NCBI GenBank assembly: GCA_965369205.1
Contig: CBDUPW010000009.1
Span: 1,905 to 65,904, forward strand
Length of the DNA stretch: 64,000 nucleotides
Direction: 5' to 3'
Origin: an uncultured Polyangiaceae bacterium
GTDB lineage: Bacteria > Myxococcota_A > Polyangia > Polyangiales > Polyangiaceae
Part shown: positions 9,856-19,658 of the stretch, piece after piece
Numbering within the stretch: position 1 is the stretch's first letter
How the letters are laid out: every line of letters starts with the position of its first letter
Made by a program: the position numbers and the translations under genes
Notes under the pieces: model-generated
Told to the model about the DNA's origin: nothing
What the model saw: only the letters and a program-made list of their open reading frames with translations
Databases searched by the model: none

Positions 9856-10284
9856 TCAGCTGCGCAGGCGTTTCACAGCTTCGCCCACGTCGCGCCCCTC
9901 GACGACCGCTTCGCTCTGTTTCAGGTGTTTCATCGCGATGCCAGTGGCGGGGCCGTCGGCCTTGGCCGCTTTGATGGCGTCCGCGACGGGAGCCAGCGCT
10001 GCCACGATTGCGTCCACGCTCAGGCTTTTCGGCAGGAATTCCTCGAGGATCTGGATCTCCTGTTCCAAGACCGCTTTCTGCTCCGCGTCCGTTGAGCTTG
10101 CCAAGGTCTCACGGTTGGACTTGACCAGCTTCTTCAAGATGCCCTCGGTCACCGCGTCGCTGCTGTTGCCACGGGCGTCCTCCATGGTGATTTCGCCGAG
10201 GGCCACGCGGAGGATCTCTTTTTCGACGATCGCCTTGGCCTTCATCGCGGCGAACATGCGTTTCTTGATTTCGGCAGCTAACAC
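9856..10284 (-). CDS. GatB/YqeY domain protein
   Basis: 142 aa. N-terminus MLAAEIKKRMFAAMKAKAIVEKEILRVALGEI and overall K/E/A-rich helical pattern match the YqeY family. Confidence 0.85.
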   Translation of the reverse strand: MLAAEIKKRMFAAMKAKAIVEKEILRVALGEITMEDARGNSSDAVTEGILKKLVKSNRETLASSTDAEQKAVLEQEIQILEEFLPKSLSVDAIVAALAPVADAIKAAKADGPATGIAMKHLKQSEAVVEGRDVGEAVKRLRS

Positions 10285-10310
10285 TTTGTCTCCTCGCTCA
10301 GCGAAACGCT

Positions 10311-11981
10311 TCAGCGCTCCAACTTCTTGTACTTAATGCGGTGGGGCTGGTCGTCGGTGATGCCCAGGCGACGTTTGCGGTCCACTTCGTAGGCTTGGTA
10401 GTTGCCCTCGAACCACTCCACGTGGCTATCCCCTTCGAAGGCCATGATGTGCGTGGCAATGCGGTCCAAGAACCAGCGATCGTGGCTGACGACCACCGCG
10501 CAACCCGGGAAGTCCAGCAGTGCTTCTTCGACGCCGCGCAGGGTGTCGACGTCGAGATCGTTGGTCGGTTCATCCAGCAGCAACAGGTTGCCGCCCGCTT
10601 TGAGCAACTTCGCGAGCTGCACGCGGTTGCGCTCTCCACCGGACAGCGTTCCCACCTTCTTCTGCTGCTCGCTGCCCTTGAAGCCAAACCAGCCGCAGTA
10701 GGCGCGGGTGCTGACTTCGCGCTTGCCCAGCTCGATCTTTTCGTGGCCGTCGCTGATCTCTTCCCAAACGTTCTTGTCGCCGTCCAAGCTTTCGCGGCTC
10801 TGATCCACATATGCGATCTTGACCGTCTCGCCGACTTTCAACACGCCTTTGTCTGGCGTCTCTTGGTCCACCAGCATGCGGAACAACGTGGTCTTGCCCG
10901 CGCCGTTCGGACCGATGACGCCCACGATGCCGCTGCGCGGTAGGCGAAAGGAAAGGTTGTCGATCAATAGCCGGTCGCCGAAGCCCTTGCTCAGGTTCTC
11001 GGCCTCGATCACCAGATCCCCCAGACGCGGGCCGGGTGGAATGCTGATTTCGGCAGGATCAACCACGCCTTTGTTGGAGTTGTTCAACAACTCTTCGTAG
11101 GCGGTGAGACGTGCCTTGCTCTTCGCCTGGCGCGCCCGCGGCGAAGCGCGCACCCATTCCAGCTCTTGCTTGAGCTTGCGTTGGCGGGAGCTTTCTTGTT
11201 TTTCGTCTTGAGCAAGCCGCGCGGCCTTCTGCTCCAGCCAACCGCTGTAGTTGCCCTTGAAAGGGTAGCCGCGCCCGCGATCCATCTCGAGGATCCATTC
11301 GGCCACGTCGTCCAGGAAGTAGCGATCATGGGTGACCGCGACCACCGTGCCGGGGTAGTCGTGCAAGAAGCGCTCTAGCCAGGCGACGCTCTCGGCATCG
11401 AGATGGTTCGTGGGTTCGTCCAACAGCAGCATGTCCGGGCGGCCAAGCAGGATGCGGCACAGGGCCACGCGGCGCTTCTCGCCGCCGGAAAGGTGCGCGA
11501 TTGCTTCGTCTGGGGGCGGTAGGCGCAGTGCTTCCATCGCGACGTCCACGCGATTGTCTAGGGTCCAGGCGTCGGCAGCGTCGATCTTGTCTTGCATCGC
11601 TGCTTGTTGGTCGAGCAGCTTCTGCATCTCGTCGTCGTCCATCGGCTCACCCAGCTTCATGCTGATGGCTTCGAACTCCGTGAGCAGCGCGCGGGTTTCG
11701 CTGACGGCCTGATCCACGGCTTCGCGGACGGTCTTGGCGTCACCCAGCTCCGGCTCTTGAGCGAAGTAGCCGACCTTCACGCCGGGATGCGGACGGGCTT
11801 CGCCGTAGATGTCCGTGTCGACGCCGGCCATGATCTTGAGCAGCGAGCTCTTGCCGCTACCGTTGGAACCAATCACGCCGATCTTCGCGCCGGGCAAGAA
11901 CGCGAGGGTGATGTCTTCTAGTACCTTCTTGTCCGGGGGGTGGACCTTCGTGACCCCCTGCATCGTGTAGATGAAGTCCAT
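10311..11981 (-). CDS. ettA: energy-dependent translational throttle protein EttA (ABC-F ATPase)
   Basis: 556 aa. Two ABC cassettes: Walker A GSNGSGKS and GPNGAGKT, signatures LSGGEKRR and LSGGERNR. Characteristic EttA N-terminus ...[20 protein letters not shown]. Confidence 0.93.
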   Translation of the reverse strand: MDFIYTMQGVTKVHPPDKKVLEDITLAFLPGAKIGVIGSNGSGKSSLLKIMAGVDTDIYGEARPHPGVKVGYFAQEPELGDAKTVREAVDQAVSETRALLTEFEAISMKLGEPMDDDEMQKLLDQQAAMQDKIDAADAWTLDNRVDVAMEALRLPPPDEAIAHLSGGEKRRVALCRILLGRPDMLLLDEPTNHLDAESVAWLERFLHDYPGTVVAVTHDRYFLDDVAEWILEMDRGRGYPFKGNYSGWLEQKAARLAQDEKQESSRQRKLKQELEWVRASPRARQAKSKARLTAYEELLNNSNKGVVDPAEISIPPGPRLGDLVIEAENLSKGFGDRLLIDNLSFRLPRSGIVGVIGPNGAGKTTLFRMLVDQETPDKGVLKVGETVKIAYVDQSRESLDGDKNVWEEISDGHEKIELGKREVSTRAYCGWFGFKGSEQQKKVGTLSGGERNRVQLAKLLKAGGNLLLLDEPTNDLDVDTLRGVEEALLDFPGCAVVVSHDRWFLDRIATHIMAFEGDSHVEWFEGNYQAYEVDRKRRLGITDDQPHRIKYKKLER

Positions 11982-12062
11982 GGCCGCCCCTCTTTACGCG
12001 CGGTCCACCCAGCTTTCAAACGGCGGCCTGCCGATGGGATTTTTGTGACGGAAAGCGCAGCC

Positions 12063-12428
12063 TTAGAAGTCGTAGAACATGGGACTTCGCTGCTCGCAGA
12101 AGTCGAGCAATGCCCGACGCTGCTCGTTTGTCAGGTCCACGAAGGCGAGGCCAAGCCCCGGCCACATGCTCTCCCGAGACGTCTCCCGCACCCAGTGCAC
12201 GATGGCATCAGCGGCGACGCGAGGCGCGTTGGGCAGGTCGATCGTTACGCTCACCCGCGTCCCGACGGCATGCGCACTCCAAGTGGGCACAAACACGCCG
12301 AGGGGTATCTCGCTGTCGAACCCTCGATACAGGTTGGCTTGGCTCTTTAGACTGAGCCCCACGTCGAAGGTCGGCTTCGCACTCTCACATTCGCTACTCG
12401 CAGTCATCAGTTCCATTCGTCCTCCCAC
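12063..12428 (-). CDS. PilZ-domain protein (myxobacterial TIGR02266 type)
   Basis: The C-terminal half reads GVFVPT...GTRVSVTIDLPNAP...HWVRE...PGLGLAFVDL...LLDFCEQRSPMFYDF. This matches my recollection of the TIGR02266 PilZ pattern, including the terminal FYD. The exact start is ambiguous (M1, M5 or M8). Confidence 0.75.
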   Translation of the reverse strand: MGGRMELMTASSECESAKPTFDVGLSLKSQANLYRGFDSEIPLGVFVPTWSAHAVGTRVSVTIDLPNAPRVAADAIVHWVRETSRESMWPGLGLAFVDLTNEQRRALLDFCEQRSPMFYDF

Positions 12429-12598
12429 GAGCTATTCAGCAAGCTCCGTTCCATCGCGAAATCGGTGCCTTTTGCGTCGTGGCGCGGGAAAAACGTCGAT
12501 TGAAAGCCGCAACTGTAGTCTGCACCCCGGCTCTGGCGTCCAGGCTGGCATCGGGCGATTTCGGGGAAGTGCCGCCGGAGTTGCGACGTAGAGGGGGC

Positions 12599-13594
12599 AT
12601 GCCGTACTACGTGCAGCGCGCGAGCATCGACTGGCACTACGACGAGCACGACGCCGAGCTTTCCAGCATGGTTGCACTTGCCAACCAACGGCTCTCGTCC
12701 AGCGCGCATACGGCAGAGACTTTCGAGCAGACCCTGCGCGAGCTGGCGAGCCAGCACACGTCGCTGCGCTGCGACGCCTTGATCGAGGACGGGTTCCGCG
12801 TGTACCGCCTGTTCCGCGCGGCGCAGGGGGACGTTAGCCATATCGAAGTCGAGCAACGCCCGGAGGACGCCCTGGGCTCGCCAAGCGAGCTGCCCTTGGA
12901 TGACATGGCTGACGTACGGCTGGAGTCGAATCGCGGCCCGATCCTCGCGGCTTTGCTCGAAGCAGCCGCGTATCCCGAGGATTTGGACGCCGAGGAGGAG
13001 TCGATCCAGCTACCGATCCAATTCAAAGACGTCGCAGGCCTGCGTTCTGCAATGACGGCCGTCGCGGGTGCCATCAACGCTCCGGCGGACGCTTTTGTCG
13101 CGGAGGTCGAGACATCGCGGTTCCTCGTAGAGCTGCGGCCCGGGCAAGCGCGGGTCGCCCAGCTGGTGCCCGTCACGGAGCCGGAACTCGTTGCACGGCT
13201 CCTATCCGGGCAGGTGGCGCCGGTGCCCCAATCGCCACTTTCCGACAACAGCAAGTACGAGCAATCTGTTTACCTGCCCGAGGGTGTGCTCAGCAACGTA
13301 CGCGACCACGCGGCGCGCACAGATCGCAGCCTTTCGTACATGGTGCAATACGCCTACAAGTTGGCGCGGCAGCGCATCCTAGATTGCCCGTCGAGCGCAG
13401 CGCTCCTCGACGCGCTGCCTGACGACGCACCAGCCTCGGACAAGCGCAAACAGACGCTGTACTTCTCCGGCGCGATGCTGAAGGAGCTGCGCTCCGAAGC
13501 ACAGCGGCTAGACGTGTCGCTGTCTCGGGTGCTGCTGGCGGCGTGGGCGCTTGCTCAGGCGGAAATCGAAGCGCTGCCGAGCGCCGACCCGTAA
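12599..13594 (+). CDS. hypothetical protein with two C-terminal CopG-like ribbon-helix-helix motifs
   Basis: ATG at 12599 (MPYYVQRASIDW...). Acidic N-terminal domain of unknown type. The C-terminus has two strand-helix-turn-helix units: SVYLPEGVLSNVRDHAARTDRSLSYMVQYAYKLA and TLYFSGAMLKELRSEAQRLDVSLSRVLLAAWALA. Confidence 0.55.
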   Translation: MPYYVQRASIDWHYDEHDAELSSMVALANQRLSSSAHTAETFEQTLRELASQHTSLRCDALIEDGFRVYRLFRAAQGDVSHIEVEQRPEDALGSPSELPLDDMADVRLESNRGPILAALLEAAAYPEDLDAEEESIQLPIQFKDVAGLRSAMTAVAGAINAPADAFVAEVETSRFLVELRPGQARVAQLVPVTEPELVARLLSGQVAPVPQSPLSDNSKYEQSVYLPEGVLSNVRDHAARTDRSLSYMVQYAYKLARQRILDCPSSAALLDALPDDAPASDKRKQTLYFSGAMLKELRSEAQRLDVSLSRVLLAAWALAQAEIEALPSADP

Positions 13595-13601
13595 GAGACC
13601 T

Positions 13602-15029
13602 TCATGCGGCGGCTTCGGAGCCTGCACTGCGCAGCTCCGTCAGAATGCCGTCCACGGTCTTTTTGGCATCGCCGAAGAGCATGCGGGTGTTGTCCATGAA
13701 AAATAGCGGGTTTTCTACACCCGCATAGCCACTGGCCATGCCGCGCTTCATCACAATGGTGGTCTTGCTCTTCCACACTTCCAGCACGGGCATGCCGTAG
13801 ATGGGGCTGCTCGTATCGTCCAGGGCACCGGGGTTGACGATGTCGTTGGCGCCGATCACGAGCACGACGTCCGTTTCCGGGAAGTCTTCGTTGATCTCGT
13901 CCATCTCCAGCACGACGTCATAGGGCACCTTGGCTTCGGCCAAGAGCACGTTCATATGGCCTGGAAGACGTCCCGCGACGGGGTGGATGGCGAAGCGCAC
14001 CTTCGCGCCCCTGTCCCGCAGCACCTGGGCAACCTCCCACAGCGGGTACTGCGCTTGGGCCACGGCCATGCCGTAGCCGGGCACCACCACCACACTCTTG
14101 GCGTCCGCCAAGAGTTCCGCCGTCTCTTTCGCTTCAATGCTGACGACTTCACCCTGGGGTTGGTCGCCGCGCTTGGCTGGCGCTGCACCCTCGTCGGCGC
14201 CAAAGCCACCAAGAATGACGCTCAAGAACGAGCGGTTCATGGCTTTGCACATGATGTACGAAAGAATCGCGCCGCTCGATCCGACCAGCGCGCCGGTGAT
14301 GATCAGGAGGTCGTTGGCCAGCATGAAACCCGCGGCGGCTGCGGCCCAGCCCGAATAGCTGTTGAGCATGCTGACCACGACGGGCATGTCCGCGCCGCCG
14401 ATGGCCATCACTAGATGAATGCCGATCACCCCGGCCACCACGGTCATCAAGATCAAGGGTTGCACGCCGCCGTGGTGCGATGCGGTCAAGAACTGAAAGC
14501 CAAAGATCAGGCAGGCCAGCAGCATCAGGATGTTGATCCAGTGCCGCGCCGGCAGCATCAGCGGCTTACTGCGGATCTTCCCGCGCAGTTTGCCAAAGGC
14601 AATCACGCTTCCAGTGAAGGTGACAGAGCCGATAAAGATGCCGAGGAAGACCTCCACTTCGTGGATCACGGCTTCTGTGCCCGAAAGCTCTACGTTCGGA
14701 TCCAGATAGCTGGCGAAACCGACGAGTACCGCAGCGGCACCGACGAAGCTGTGCAGGATGGCGACCAGCTCCGGCATGTTGGTCATGGCCACGCGTGCTG
14801 CGAGCACGGCACCGACGACCGCGCCCACGCCAATGGCCACGGCCAAGATGCCGTATCCGGCGCTGCTGACGCGCCCGCCCGCGGCCGTCGCGGCAAGTGC
14901 GATGAGCATGCCGATGATGCCCAGGGAATTCCCGCGCCGCGCGGTTTCCTGCTTGGACAATCCGCCCAGGCTGAGAATGAACAGCACGCCAGCGGCGAGG
15001 TATGCGGTGGTCACAAGGCTCTGCGGCAT
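13602..15029 (-). CDS. pntB: NAD(P) transhydrogenase subunit beta
   Basis: ATG at 15029 gives [34 protein letters not shown] (classic PntB N-terminus). Polytopic membrane domain plus C-terminal NADP(H) domain (...[11 protein letters not shown]...). The start lies 2 nt after the pntA stop. Confidence 0.93.
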   Translation of the reverse strand: MPQSLVTTAYLAAGVLFILSLGGLSKQETARRGNSLGIIGMLIALAATAAGGRVSSAGYGILAVAIGVGAVVGAVLAARVAMTNMPELVAILHSFVGAAAVLVGFASYLDPNVELSGTEAVIHEVEVFLGIFIGSVTFTGSVIAFGKLRGKIRSKPLMLPARHWINILMLLACLIFGFQFLTASHHGGVQPLILMTVVAGVIGIHLVMAIGGADMPVVVSMLNSYSGWAAAAAGFMLANDLLIITGALVGSSGAILSYIMCKAMNRSFLSVILGGFGADEGAAPAKRGDQPQGEVVSIEAKETAELLADAKSVVVVPGYGMAVAQAQYPLWEVAQVLRDRGAKVRFAIHPVAGRLPGHMNVLLAEAKVPYDVVLEMDEINEDFPETDVVLVIGANDIVNPGALDDTSSPIYGMPVLEVWKSKTTIVMKRGMASGYAGVENPLFFMDNTRMLFGDAKKTVDGILTELRSAGSEAAA

Positions 15030-15031
15030 GG

Positions 15032-16612
15032 CTACCTCTGAAACATCTTCAGCATGCGCTGAGTCACGAGAAAGCCCCCGGCAATGTTGATGGTCGCGAT
15101 GAGCACGGCGATGGCGCCCAAGATCGTGACCGGCGACGACGTCGGTCCGGAAACCTGCAGCATGCCTCCGACGATGATGATGCCGCTGATGGCATTGGTC
15201 ACGCTCATGAGCGGAGTGTGCAGCGCCGGTGTGACGTTCCAAACCACTTGCCATCCGATGAAGCAAGCCAGCACGAAGACGGTTAGGTGCGACAAGAATC
15301 CGGCGGGTGCCACGAAGCCAAGACCGGCGAGAACCGCAGCTAACACCAGGAGCGTCACGCTGCTCACGCCGGACTTTTGCTTCTTCGCAACGCTCGCCTG
15401 CAGCTGCGCCGGTGGCACAACACTTGGCAGCTTCGGCTTCGGAATTGGGACGACTTCCTTCTTCGGCGGTGGCCACATCAACTCGCCATTGAGAAGTACG
15501 ATGGAGCCGCGCACCACTTCGTCGTCGAGATCGATGTGCCAGCTCTTCGCGCCGCCCATATCAGCGAGCAAGTGGTACAGATTCGAGCCGTAAAGTTGAC
15601 TGGCCGTGGGCGCTAGGCGGCTAGGCAAGTCGATGTAGCCGATGATGGTGATGCCCTTTTCGGTGATCACCTCACCGGGTTTGGTCAGCTCGCAGTTGCC
15701 GCCAGCTTCCGCCGCCAAGTCCACGATCACGGAACCGGGCTTCATCAGCTCGACGATTTCCCGCGGCAATAGGTTCGGAGCCGGGCGACCCGGCACCAGC
15801 GCCGTCGTGATGATGATGTCGACGTCCTTGGCTTGCTTGGCGAAGAGCTCCATTTCCGCCTTGATGAACTCCGGACTCATCAACTTGGCGTAGCCACCTT
15901 CACCGGTGCCATCTTCTTCGAAGTCCAGTTCCAAGAACTCCGCGCCCATGCTCTTGACCTGGTCTTTGACCTCCGGCCGGGTGTCGAAGGCACGCACGAT
16001 GGCGCCCAGGCTGCGCGCCGCACCGACTGCGGCCAGTCCCGCCACGCCGGCGCCAATGACCATGACCTTTGCCGGCGGGACTTTGCCGGCGGCCGTCATT
16101 TGCCCGGTAAAGAAGCGACCGAAAAAGCTCGCCGCTTCGATCACCGAGCGGTAGCCCGCGATGTTCGCCATCGAGCTGAGTGCGTCCATCTTTTGCGCCC
16201 GCGTGATACGCGGCACCTGGTCGATGGCGATCACCGTTGCTTTGCTCGCCTTCAAGCGCTCAAGCAGCGCCTCGGCTTTCGCGGGCCAAATGAAGCTGAT
16301 CAGGGTGGACCCGGCCTTGAGCAACTCAGCTTCGTGTTTCTTCTGCGTTCCGCGGTACGCATCGGTCTCCGGAAGCAGGTCCGGCGGCTGCACCTTCAGA
16401 ACGATGTCAGCGGAGCCCCAAAGCTCAGCGACGTCATCGACGACCTTGCAGCCGGCCGCCTCGTAGGCGCTGTCCGAGAAGGAAGCGCCGCCGCCGGCGC
16501 CCCGCTGCACCGACACTTCGAAGCCAAGTTTCTGCAGGCGTCCGGCAGTTTCCGGAGTTGCAGCGACCCGGCGCTCACCCGGTCGCACCTCTGTGGGGAT
16601 TGCGATGATCAT
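15032..16612 (-). CDS. pntA: NAD(P) transhydrogenase subunit alpha (full-length, dI plus membrane part)
   Basis: ATG at 16612 gives [21 protein letters not shown]. Alanine-dehydrogenase-like fold with [12 protein letters not shown] site. C-terminal TM helices. Confidence 0.93.
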   Translation of the reverse strand: MIIAIPTEVRPGERRVAATPETAGRLQKLGFEVSVQRGAGGGASFSDSAYEAAGCKVVDDVAELWGSADIVLKVQPPDLLPETDAYRGTQKKHEAELLKAGSTLISFIWPAKAEALLERLKASKATVIAIDQVPRITRAQKMDALSSMANIAGYRSVIEAASFFGRFFTGQMTAAGKVPPAKVMVIGAGVAGLAAVGAARSLGAIVRAFDTRPEVKDQVKSMGAEFLELDFEEDGTGEGGYAKLMSPEFIKAEMELFAKQAKDVDIIITTALVPGRPAPNLLPREIVELMKPGSVIVDLAAEAGGNCELTKPGEVITEKGITIIGYIDLPSRLAPTASQLYGSNLYHLLADMGGAKSWHIDLDDEVVRGSIVLLNGELMWPPPKKEVVPIPKPKLPSVVPPAQLQASVAKKQKSGVSSVTLLVLAAVLAGLGFVAPAGFLSHLTVFVLACFIGWQVVWNVTPALHTPLMSVTNAISGIIIVGGMLQVSGPTSSPVTILGAIAVLIATINIAGGFLVTQRMLKMFQR

Positions 16613-16808
16613 GTTCGGAGCACTGATGCTCCAACGACAGCCACACAACTTGCCCGCGTGACGGGGAGCTCAGCGGCCGCCGTCATAACCCAAAAGCGAA
16701 GGGCGCGCCGGCAAAAAAGCGTGCCCACGCCCCGCCGGCCCCCGGGCAATCGTATTTGTCATCGAGGGGCGTATTTCCCTTGGGTCGAGCTTGGGTCGAG
16801 CGCGCTCT

Positions 16809-17261
16809 CTAATCCGCGGGCGTGACCAGGAAGTTCGCGCTCGCGCTGGCAATAGGACGCGCGCGGTCGTCTTGCCACGCCTCGATCTGCACAGACACGA
16901 TGCGTCGGCCCTGTTTGGTGATGCGCGCCTTGGCGAGGGTATCCACGGGTTTGCCCGAGCGCAGATACGCAACGGTCAAGTTGATCGTCTTCGGGATCAC
17001 CACCGTTTCGGCTCGATAGAAGAGCTCCAATACGGCTGTCGTCTCCAAGAGCGCGCCAATGGTGCCGCCGTGTAGCGCGGGCAACACGGGGTTGCCGATG
17101 AGCGGATCTGAGTAGTGCAACACTCCAGTCAGCTGCCCGTCCTCTACGCGAGCAGAGAGACCCATGAAGCGCCAATAGGGAATAGCGGCGATGAACTTAG
17201 AGAAGTCACCGTCTTGCCGCGCCTGTTGCACGACGTCCAGCAGGGGCGTGGGGGTGGTCAT
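16809..17261 (-). CDS. PaaI-family hotdog thioesterase
   Basis: Internal ATG (MTTPTPLLDVVQQ...). Hotdog core ...GNPVLPALHGGTIGALLETTA.... The start overlaps the upstream paralogue's stop (ATGA). Confidence 0.8.
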   Translation of the reverse strand: MTTPTPLLDVVQQARQDGDFSKFIAAIPYWRFMGLSARVEDGQLTGVLHYSDPLIGNPVLPALHGGTIGALLETTAVLELFYRAETVVIPKTINLTVAYLRSGKPVDTLAKARITKQGRRIVSVQIEAWQDDRARPIASASANFLVTPAD

Positions 17262-17728
17262 TTGGTGCCGGGGATCGGCGCACCCTTCGTTCCGATGGCA
17301 AAGGTGCCTGTTGCGCAGGCAATGGGGTCTGATTCGTCGTCGTGATACGCGATACCCCGCGCAAACGCGATGTGGCGCGTCAGCTTGTAACACTCGGTGC
17401 GGCACATGACGTCTTTGTGCGCCAGTCCAGACTTTAGGTAGTCGATGCGCAAGTCGAGGGTGGCGATCGGCCCCATGCGTTTGAGCGCCAAGAACACCGC
17501 GGCTCCACAAGCCGCGTCCAACATCGAAGTGATGGCGCCGCCGTGCATCACGCCGGTGTGCGGATTGCCCACCAGCTTTTCGTCGTAAGGCAGTTTCAAC
17601 CAGGCGGTGGTGCCCTCGAAGTTAACGAACTTCAGGCCCAGCGCCTTGTTGTGGGGGATGCCGCCGGCGAATCCCTGGTCGAGACGTGCCAGTCTTTCGG
17701 CTTTATCGCTGGCTTCGTCTGCGCCCAT
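17258..17728 (-). CDS. PaaI-family hotdog thioesterase (paralogue)
   Basis: Internal ATG (MGADEASDKAERL...). Core ...GNPHTGVMHGGAITSMLDAACG.... The long N-terminal extension in the ORF track is antisense to the gene at 17831..18346. Confidence 0.8.
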   Translation of the reverse strand: MGADEASDKAERLARLDQGFAGGIPHNKALGLKFVNFEGTTAWLKLPYDEKLVGNPHTGVMHGGAITSMLDAACGAAVFLALKRMGPIATLDLRIDYLKSGLAHKDVMCRTECYKLTRHIAFARGIAYHDDESDPIACATGTFAIGTKGAPIPGTK

Positions 17729-17830
17729 GTGCGCGAAACCATAGCGTATTTCAAGAATATGCGCCGCGCGATTAACAGCGCCGCCCGGCGCGGCGTTTTG
17801 CTCATGAGTTTCCGAACAGGAGAAAACACC

Positions 17831-18346
17831 ATGAAAGCACGCACCATCCTCGCCGCCCTCGTTGCCACCTCGTTCTTCGCCGTCCCCGCCTTCGCCGCGC
17901 CCTCTAACGGAAAAGCCCCCGCCGCTGCGCACGCCAAGAAGAAGCGCGGCGCCAAAGCTGACCCCGCCAAACGCGAAGCGCGCATGCTGGCCAAGCTGAA
18001 AGAAGCCGGCGTGGACGACGCCCGCGCCAAGAAGGTGGTCGCCATCAACAAGCGCTACCACGCCGCACAGAAGACCCTGCGCCAAGCGGCCAAGCCCGAC
18101 CGTGAAGCGTTCCGCAAGGCCCGCGCCAGCAAAGACGCCGCAGCGATCAAAGCTGCGAAAGAGAAGATGCAGACCCACCGCGCCAAGCGCAAGGCACTCA
18201 ACCAAAAGCGCGCCGCCGAAATCGGCAAGGTGCTGACCACCGCCGAGCAGGCGAAGATCAAAGAGATGCGCCGCCAGGCCCGCGCCGAAAAGGGAAAGAA
18301 CGGCAAGCGCGGCAAGCGCGGCAAAGCGAAAGGCAAGCAGAGCTAA
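17831..18346 (+). CDS. periplasmic Spy/CpxP-like (LTXXQ-motif) protein
   Basis: ATG at 17831. Signal peptide MKARTILAALVATSFFAVPAFA. K/A/R-rich helical body with an LTTAEQ (LTXXQ) motif. Lys/Gly-rich tail. Confidence 0.55.
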   Translation: MKARTILAALVATSFFAVPAFAAPSNGKAPAAAHAKKKRGAKADPAKREARMLAKLKEAGVDDARAKKVVAINKRYHAAQKTLRQAAKPDREAFRKARASKDAAAIKAAKEKMQTHRAKRKALNQKRAAEIGKVLTTAEQAKIKEMRRQARAEKGKNGKRGKRGKAKGKQS

Positions 18347-18401
18347 CCCACCCCCATCCCCACGGACTCCTCCCCATCCTCCCTGAATCCTCCCCCCCCG
18401 C

Positions 18402-18447
18402 GAGGGAGCCACCCGCCCCGGTGGCTCCCTCGCCCTAATTTTGTTCA
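18402..18447 (+). terminator. putative intrinsic terminator
   Basis: Perfect 12-bp GC-rich inverted repeat: GAGGGAGCCACC (18402-18413), loop CGCCCC, GGTGGCTCCCTC (18420-18431). It is followed within 6 nt by TAATTTTGTT and lies downstream of the + strand gene ending at 18346. Confidence 0.6.
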
Positions 18448-18496
18448 GCGCGAAAGGCGCTGCCTGGCCGCGCGGCTAGGCACTACAGTCTCGGTC

Positions 18497-19456
18497 ATGA
18501 GCTACGCGGCCAGTTTGGACTCGGTGCGTGCGGCGCGGGAGCGCATCCGCGGCATCGCGCATGTCACGCCGGTGCACGCATCCCGCACGCTCAACGCGCG
18601 CGTCGGGGCGGAGTTGTTCTTCAAATGCGAAAACTTTCAGCGTGTGGGCGCCTTCAAGTTCCGTGGCGCGATGAACGCGCTGTCGCGTTTGGATCCTGAA
18701 CTTGCCGCCCGCGGCGTTGCAACGCATTCCAGCGGCAACCACGCCCAGGCCATCGCGCTGGCGGCGCAGCTGCGAGGCATTCCGGCGCATATCGTGATGC
18801 CGGAGAATGCGCCGGCCGTAAAACGCGCCGCCGTCGAAGGCTACGGCGGTCGCGTCGTGCCCTGCGCGCCGACGCTTCAAGCGCGCGAAGACACCGCGGC
18901 GCAAGTCGTGGCCGAGACGGGCGCCACGTTGATCCCGCCCTTCGACCACCCGGACGTGATGTCCGGTCAAGGCACCGTGGCGCTGGAGCTGCTGGAACAG
19001 GTGGCAGATCTCGACGCCATCGTGGTGCCCCTCAGCGGAGGTGGCTTGATCAGCGGCGTGGCCATCGCGGCGACAGAGCTGCAGCCGAAGATCCAGATCA
19101 TCGGTGTGGAGCCCAGCGGCGCCGATGACGCCCAGCGCTCCAAAGCCGCCGGCAAGCGCTTGCCCTGTAATCACCCAAAGAGCATTGCGGACGGCCTGCT
19201 TGCCAGCGTCGGCGAGCTGACCTGGCCCATTGTGCGCGATCGCGTCGCGCGCGTTCTGACCGTCAGCGACGACGAAATCCTCGCCGCCATGCGCCTGTTG
19301 ATGGAGCGCATGAAACTCGTGATCGAACCCAGTGGCGCCGTCGGCCTTGCCGCGGCCTTGCAACCCGCCTTCCAAGAGCTGGGACTGCAGCGCGTCGGCA
19401 TCGTGCTTTCCGGCGGCAACGTCGACCTATCCAAGCTGTTCGCCTCGCACCCGTGA
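18497..19456 (+). CDS. PLP-dependent threonine/serine dehydratase (serine racemase / hydroxyaspartate ammonia-lyase family)
   Basis: 319 aa. PLP-lysine motif ENFQRVGAFKFRGA. Glycine loop SGGGLISG. Fold-type II PLP enzyme without the C-terminal regulatory domain. Confidence 0.88.
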   Translation: MSYAASLDSVRAARERIRGIAHVTPVHASRTLNARVGAELFFKCENFQRVGAFKFRGAMNALSRLDPELAARGVATHSSGNHAQAIALAAQLRGIPAHIVMPENAPAVKRAAVEGYGGRVVPCAPTLQAREDTAAQVVAETGATLIPPFDHPDVMSGQGTVALELLEQVADLDAIVVPLSGGGLISGVAIAATELQPKIQIIGVEPSGADDAQRSKAAGKRLPCNHPKSIADGLLASVGELTWPIVRDRVARVLTVSDDEILAAMRLLMERMKLVIEPSGAVGLAAALQPAFQELGLQRVGIVLSGGNVDLSKLFASHP

Positions 19457-19658
19457 CCGGCGCGCAAGCGGCGTTGCGGGCTCCGGCGGCAGCTCCCAGT
19501 GCAGCCTGCACGGAGCCAGAGTCAGTCATTTTCCAGAAGCCACTGCTCGAAGAGGCGCTGGAGCTCGGCGTCGTTGGCCCCGGGATTTCGCTCGCGCAGG
19601 GACGCGCGCTTGAGTTGGAGGCCCCATCCCCCAAAAAACAAAACGAAGCCCTGAGGGT

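Noticed and set aside
13602-15476. Long N-terminal extension (15030-15476) of the pntB ORF in the track
   Set aside because: The extension overlaps the pntA 3' region in another frame and is Arg/His-rich. The canonical PntB N-terminus begins at the ATG at 15029.
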